Below are positions 17,816-21,917 of a stretch of DNA of 21,917 nucleotides, piece after piece. The stretch is from Vulcanimicrobiales bacterium (lineage in GTDB: Bacteria > Vulcanimicrobiota > Vulcanimicrobiia > Vulcanimicrobiales > Vulcanimicrobiaceae), in NCBI GenBank assembly GCA_038231455.1, contig JBBRLI010000035.1:1-21917 (forward strand), read 5' to 3'. The first letter of the stretch is position 1; the number at the start of each line of letters is the position of its first letter. The translations under genes and the position numbers were made by a program. The notes beneath the pieces were generated by a model, which saw only the letters and a list, made by a program, of their open reading frames with translations, was not told where the DNA came from and ran no database searches.

Positions 17816-18010
17816 CTGCCGCCTCGTGTACGTGAAGTGAAGAAACTCTTACTAGAAACAGGGTACACAGTGGTTCGTCGAGGGAAGGGCGATCACACGA
17901 TATATTTTAATCCCACTACTGGTGACTCATATTCGCTCGACGGCGCAGACTCGCATGAAATGCCGCCAGCGGCGTGGGCGAAACTCAAAAAGCGTTTGAA
18001 AATCATCTAA
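17816..18010 (+). CDS. hicA: HicA family toxin (64 aa from CTG; not in the ORF track)
   Basis: (M)PPRVREVKKLLLETGYTVVRRGKGDHTIYFNPTTG...HEMPPAAWAKLKKRLKII has the HicA G-K-G-D-H motif and typical size; stop is 10 nt before hicB. Confidence 0.85.
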   Translation: MPPRVREVKKLLLETGYTVVRRGKGDHTIYFNPTTGDSYSLDGADSHEMPPAAWAKLKKRLKII

Positions 18011-18020
18011 GGAATTATCG

Positions 18021-18233
18021 ATGAGCGAATATGTGGTGATTGTCGAGTACGACCCTGACAGCGGGTCGTATGGCGCCTCGAGCCCTGACCTTCCAGTTGA
18101 CGGTATTGGGAAATCATCGGAAGAAGCGATCGCCCGCTTTCATAATGCATTGCAAGGTTATCTGGAATTCCAAAAAGAGATGGGACTTCCGATCCCCGAT
18201 GTACGCCACACGGTTACGACGGTTCGGGTCTAA
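18021..18233 (+). CDS. hicB: HicB family antitoxin, short form without a DNA-binding domain
   Basis: YVVIVEYD...YGASSPDLPVDGIGKSSEEAI...ALQGYLE...GLPIP; TAAGGA SD. Confidence 0.88.
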   Translation: MSEYVVIVEYDPDSGSYGASSPDLPVDGIGKSSEEAIARFHNALQGYLEFQKEMGLPIPDVRHTVTTVRV

Positions 18234-18302
18234 AGCACCGCCTATTGCTGCGACCGCAAACGACCGCCGGCCTTTGAAATTCTCGAACCTGGATACGGCG
18301 GG

Positions 18303-19301
18303 ATGAAGCCAGCATCGGTCGTGATTGCGATCGCGTTACTGGTTGTCGGCGTCGCGTATGCGTGGAATACAGTTGGCGCTGCCGGACCAGCTCTGCCGCT
18401 CAAATTACTGGGCGACTTCCCCTTGACCGGAAACCCAACGCGCTTCGATTACGCAAGCGCTGACAGAAAAGACGAATGGCTGTGGCTCGCTCACATGGGC
18501 GACGGAACGGTTGAATCATTCGACGTAAAAGCCAACCGCGTCATACTTACGGTTCCGCTGGGCGCCAATGCGAGTGTTCGTGGAATACTTTTTGCTAACG
18601 GCGAGGTGTATGCGGCAGCACAGGGCGTCGGTGCGGTCGTTGTGCTTGATACACACGGTAAACACATTGCATCGATTGCTATCGGCGACCCTGATGGCTT
18701 GGCCTACGATCCCGTCACGATGCGCGTATTTGTCTCTGATGAATCGGGGAATCGCGATGTCGTCATCGACGCGAAGACGCACACGCGATTCGGTACGGTC
18801 GAACTTGGGGGTAAGGCCGGCAACACACAGTATGACCCTGTTTCAAAACACATTTTTGTGGGCGTGCAAACGCGCAACGAGCTTGCCGAGATCGATCCGT
18901 TCACGCTGAAGATCATCAGGCGCTATCCGCTTTCAGGCTGTTTTTCCTCGCATAGTGTCGTGATTGATTCCGATCAGCAAGCAGCCTACGTGGCGTGCCA
19001 GAGCAACGCGCGACTCGTACGTCTTGATATGCGCACGGGCCGGGTAACCGGCTCGGGCGGCGTTGGAGTCGGCGTCGATGTGCTTGCACTCGACGCCTCG
19101 TTGCAGCGTCTCTACGCTTCTTCGGAGTCGGGCGTTATCAGCGTCTACGACGTTCGCGCGGGGCGACTCAATCGGATCGCTCAGGGATTCTTGCACCTGC
19201 ACGCGCATGTCGTCGCAGTCGACCAGCGAACGCATCGAATCTATTTTCCGCTGCAAGATGTTGGTGGAAAGCCGGTAATGCGCGTGATGGAGCCGATTTG
19301 A
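18303..19301 (+). CDS. Secreted YncE/YVTN-like beta-propeller protein
   Basis: Signal-like N-terminus; RFDY, PDGLAYDP...VFVSDE, GNTQYDP, DVLALD...LYASSESG, AHVVAVD...IYFP blade repeats. Confidence 0.85.
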   Translation: MKPASVVIAIALLVVGVAYAWNTVGAAGPALPLKLLGDFPLTGNPTRFDYASADRKDEWLWLAHMGDGTVESFDVKANRVILTVPLGANASVRGILFANGEVYAAAQGVGAVVVLDTHGKHIASIAIGDPDGLAYDPVTMRVFVSDESGNRDVVIDAKTHTRFGTVELGGKAGNTQYDPVSKHIFVGVQTRNELAEIDPFTLKIIRRYPLSGCFSSHSVVIDSDQQAAYVACQSNARLVRLDMRTGRVTGSGGVGVGVDVLALDASLQRLYASSESGVISVYDVRAGRLNRIAQGFLHLHAHVVAVDQRTHRIYFPLQDVGGKPVMRVMEPI

Positions 19302-19339
19302 GTCGTTGCAGCGGAAAATTACTCTGCAGATTCTTTCAT

Positions 19340-21841
19340 CTACGTTCCGACGAGTTCACCAATGCGGTCTGAAACTTCGTCGATGTAACGCGTTGCGTCG
19401 CTGTCCGTTCGGCCTTCGGCGAAGATGTTCAGCGTTGGGTCGGAAGCGTCAGGGAGCACAAGAATCCATCCGCCATCGCGTGAGACGCGGATGCCGTCAA
19501 TTAATTCGATTTCGTGGTGCTTTTGCTCGTCGAGGAGCGTGCGCATTACTTCGCCTTTGCGTTCCCACGGGCAGGCGATCGTGCGGGTGACGAGGTGCCA
19601 TTTCGGCAGTTCGTCGACGAGTTCGCTGAGTTTACGGCGTTCGGCGGCGACCATTTCCATGAGCTTCGTTGCAGCGAAGAGCGCATCGAAGACCGGTTGG
19701 AATTGCGGGAAAATCGGTTCGTGTCCGCCGCCGCCGGCGAAGTCAAGGTTTGCGCGTTCGTGTTCCGCGAAGGCCATGACCGAGCGCCGATCGCTTCGCG
19801 TGCGCACGATCGTTGCGCCATTTTCTTCAGCGATTCGTTCGATCGCGTTTGGAACGGTGACGGGCATTGCGATTCGCGCGCCTTTCTTGGAGCGGGCAAC
19901 GCAGAGCGTCATGAGCGCAAGGAGCCGATCGCCTTCGATCACGCGTCCGGTGTCGTCGATGAGTGCGAACGTTTCGCCGTCGTGGTCGAAGAGGATGCCC
20001 ATGTTCGCGCCGAGTGATAGCGAGACGTTCCGTAGTTGTTCGAGGTAGCGTTCGCGGTCGGCTTTGAACGTGCGCGCTTTTGCTTCGTCATAGTAGGCAT
20101 TGATTGCCACAAGATCCACGCGGAGGTTTGAGAGAATCTTTGGCACGACCATCGCGGCATTGCCGAACGCGTAGTCGACGACGATGCGGAAGCCCGCATC
20201 GGTGATCGCAAGGGGTTTGAGTGCATCAAGGAAGCTGCCTGCGTAGCTCTCGAGCGGGCGCGTCGGGAACATCAGGTGCCCGACTTCATCCATCGCGGTG
20301 CGTCGGAAATCTTCGCGGAAGAAGAGGTTCTCGATCTTGCGCTCGGTGTTCTTATCGACGTTGATTCCGCCGCCGTCGAGCAGTTCGATGAGCAGGGAGT
20401 TGGGATCGGTGGGCGAGATGCGTGTGTGCACCGCACCGTCCCCGCTGGCACGTGTTGCGAAGCGTGCGAGCGGAAGCGGGTAGGCTTGGAGATCTTCAAC
20501 GCCGCATCCCACGCTGAGCAGTCCCGAGATGATGCAACGGTTCATGATGCGTGATGCCGGATGTGCGTCGCGGCTCGTCAGGACTTTTTGTCCCGGCTTG
20601 AGATACGAACCGAACGCCTGGCCGAGCTTCATGGCAAACTCCGGCGTGATCTCGACATTGGCAAGCCCGCTCACGCCCGCTGCGCCAAAGAGCGAGCCCG
20701 GCCACTTGATGCCATAGATGAGCGACATCGAGACGATCGCCCCCGAGCTAACATTTTTGTCCGGCCACATCTTGATATTCGGGCGGACGACGGCGCCGCT
20801 GCCGATCGTGCACGCACTGCCAACGACCGCACCTTCGCTCACCGCAGCGTGATCTTTGATGATGTTCTTGTTGGCGATCGTGCAGTCGTTGAGCGTCGAG
20901 TACTCGCCGAAGTAGTTGCCTTCCCATGCGACGACGCGGTGGAGGCGGGCATACTTGCCGATGACGGCGGAGTCGCCGATCGTCGTATTGCCGCCGATTT
21001 CCGCGTGCTCGCCAACGATAACGTTGCGGCCAAGCACGACGGGGGCGACGATCGTCGCGGCGGGATCGATGCGGCAGCCTTCACCAACCCACACGCCCGG
21101 CGAGTGCTCGGTGCCGGGATACTGGATTTGCACCTTGCCGTTGAGCGCATCGATATTGGCCTGCTGGTACTGCTGCAGGTTGCCGATATCGCACCAGTAG
21201 TCGGTCGTGATATAGCCTTGGAGCGATTTGCCTTCGTGCAGCATGCGCGGGAAGAGATCTTTGGAGAAGTCGTAGTTGCGGCCCATCTCCATGTAATCGA
21301 GAATCGCCGGTTCGAGGGCATAGATGCCGGTGTTGATCGTATCGCTGAAGATTTCGCCCCAGGACGGCTTCTCGAGAAAGCGCGTGATGCGCGCGCGCTC
21401 GTCGGTGACGACGACGCCGTATTCGAGCGGATTGGTTACGCGCTGGAGCGCGATCGTGGCATCGGCTTTGGTCGAGCGGTGGTGGTGCAACATCGCGCTC
21501 AAGTCGAGATCGGTGAGCGCGTCGCCCGAGATGATGAGGAAGCTATCGTCTCGGAGCATCTCTTGGGCGAGCTTCACGGCGCCCGCGGTCCCAAGCGGCG
21601 TGTCTTCGACAACGTATTTGAGCGACACGCCGAATTGCGAACCGTCACCGAAGTAACTCTCGATTTCATCGGCGAGGTAGTGCAGCGTTGCGACGACTTC
21701 GGTGATACCGTGACGGCGGAGCAGATCGAGAATATGCTCCATCACGGGTTTGTTGACGATCGGCGCTAAGGGTTTGGGGCGACGTGAGGTGAGCGGACGC
21801 AACCGCGAACCCTCTCCCCCGGCCATAACGACTGCTTTCAT
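19340..21841 (-). CDS. Mannose-1-phosphate guanylyltransferase-like nucleotidyltransferase, hexapeptide region and phosphomannomutase-like fusion
   Basis: [43 protein letters not shown], left-handed beta-helix repeats, then LFGAAGVSG and a PGM/PMM-like C-terminal half. Confidence 0.93.
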   Translation of the reverse strand: MKAVVMAGGEGSRLRPLTSRRPKPLAPIVNKPVMEHILDLLRRHGITEVVATLHYLADEIESYFGDGSQFGVSLKYVVEDTPLGTAGAVKLAQEMLRDDSFLIISGDALTDLDLSAMLHHHRSTKADATIALQRVTNPLEYGVVVTDERARITRFLEKPSWGEIFSDTINTGIYALEPAILDYMEMGRNYDFSKDLFPRMLHEGKSLQGYITTDYWCDIGNLQQYQQANIDALNGKVQIQYPGTEHSPGVWVGEGCRIDPAATIVAPVVLGRNVIVGEHAEIGGNTTIGDSAVIGKYARLHRVVAWEGNYFGEYSTLNDCTIANKNIIKDHAAVSEGAVVGSACTIGSGAVVRPNIKMWPDKNVSSGAIVSMSLIYGIKWPGSLFGAAGVSGLANVEITPEFAMKLGQAFGSYLKPGQKVLTSRDAHPASRIMNRCIISGLLSVGCGVEDLQAYPLPLARFATRASGDGAVHTRISPTDPNSLLIELLDGGGINVDKNTERKIENLFFREDFRRTAMDEVGHLMFPTRPLESYAGSFLDALKPLAITDAGFRIVVDYAFGNAAMVVPKILSNLRVDLVAINAYYDEAKARTFKADRERYLEQLRNVSLSLGANMGILFDHDGETFALIDDTGRVIEGDRLLALMTLCVARSKKGARIAMPVTVPNAIERIAEENGATIVRTRSDRRSVMAFAEHERANLDFAGGGGHEPIFPQFQPVFDALFAATKLMEMVAAERRKLSELVDELPKWHLVTRTIACPWERKGEVMRTLLDEQKHHEIELIDGIRVSRDGGWILVLPDASDPTLNIFAEGRTDSDATRYIDEVSDRIGELVGT

Positions 21842-21917
21842 CCCTGGGCGCTCCTCGCTTCGAATGCCGTGCCTAGTTGCGTGAACCGCTCGTCAGCGGC
21901 AATCGATTCGACGCTCA

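Noticed and set aside
20561-21769. 402-aa + strand ORF
   Set aside because: Antisense shadow of the nucleotidyltransferase gene.
1-21917. CRISPR arrays, tRNA/rRNA genes, integrases, transposases, reverse transcriptases
   Set aside because: None seen on reading either strand.

Overview
GC-rich bacterial chromosomal segment. The gene style suggests Eremiobacterota/Vulcanimicrobiota, which is an inference only. It is mostly housekeeping and metabolic genes: a partial TonB-dependent receptor, a hypothetical-bolA-glutaredoxin-thioesterase operon, acyl-CoA synthetase, M23 peptidase, RDD protein, MDR oxidoreductase, a Nudix plus MBL hydrolase pair, two secreted proteins, a VTT/DedA protein, rnd, acnA, a GT4 glycosyltransferase, a YncE-like propeller and a nucleotidyltransferase-phosphomannomutase fusion. 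Two small accessory patches interrupt this: an XRE-RelE toxin-antitoxin pair beside a frameshifted plasmid repA remnant (about 850-2230), and a HicAB pair plus beta-propeller gene (about 17800-19300). The supplied ORF track misses the TonB receptor and HicA, and shows only parts of the repA remnant. The most notable observations are (1) both toxin genes appear to start at non-canonical codons (GTT and CTG) at ideal Shine-Dalgarno spacing, and (2) a 430-nt helix-rich intergenic region (10716-11147) next to a bidirectional terminator looks like an unrecognised structured RNA. All structures were folded by eye and no searches were run.
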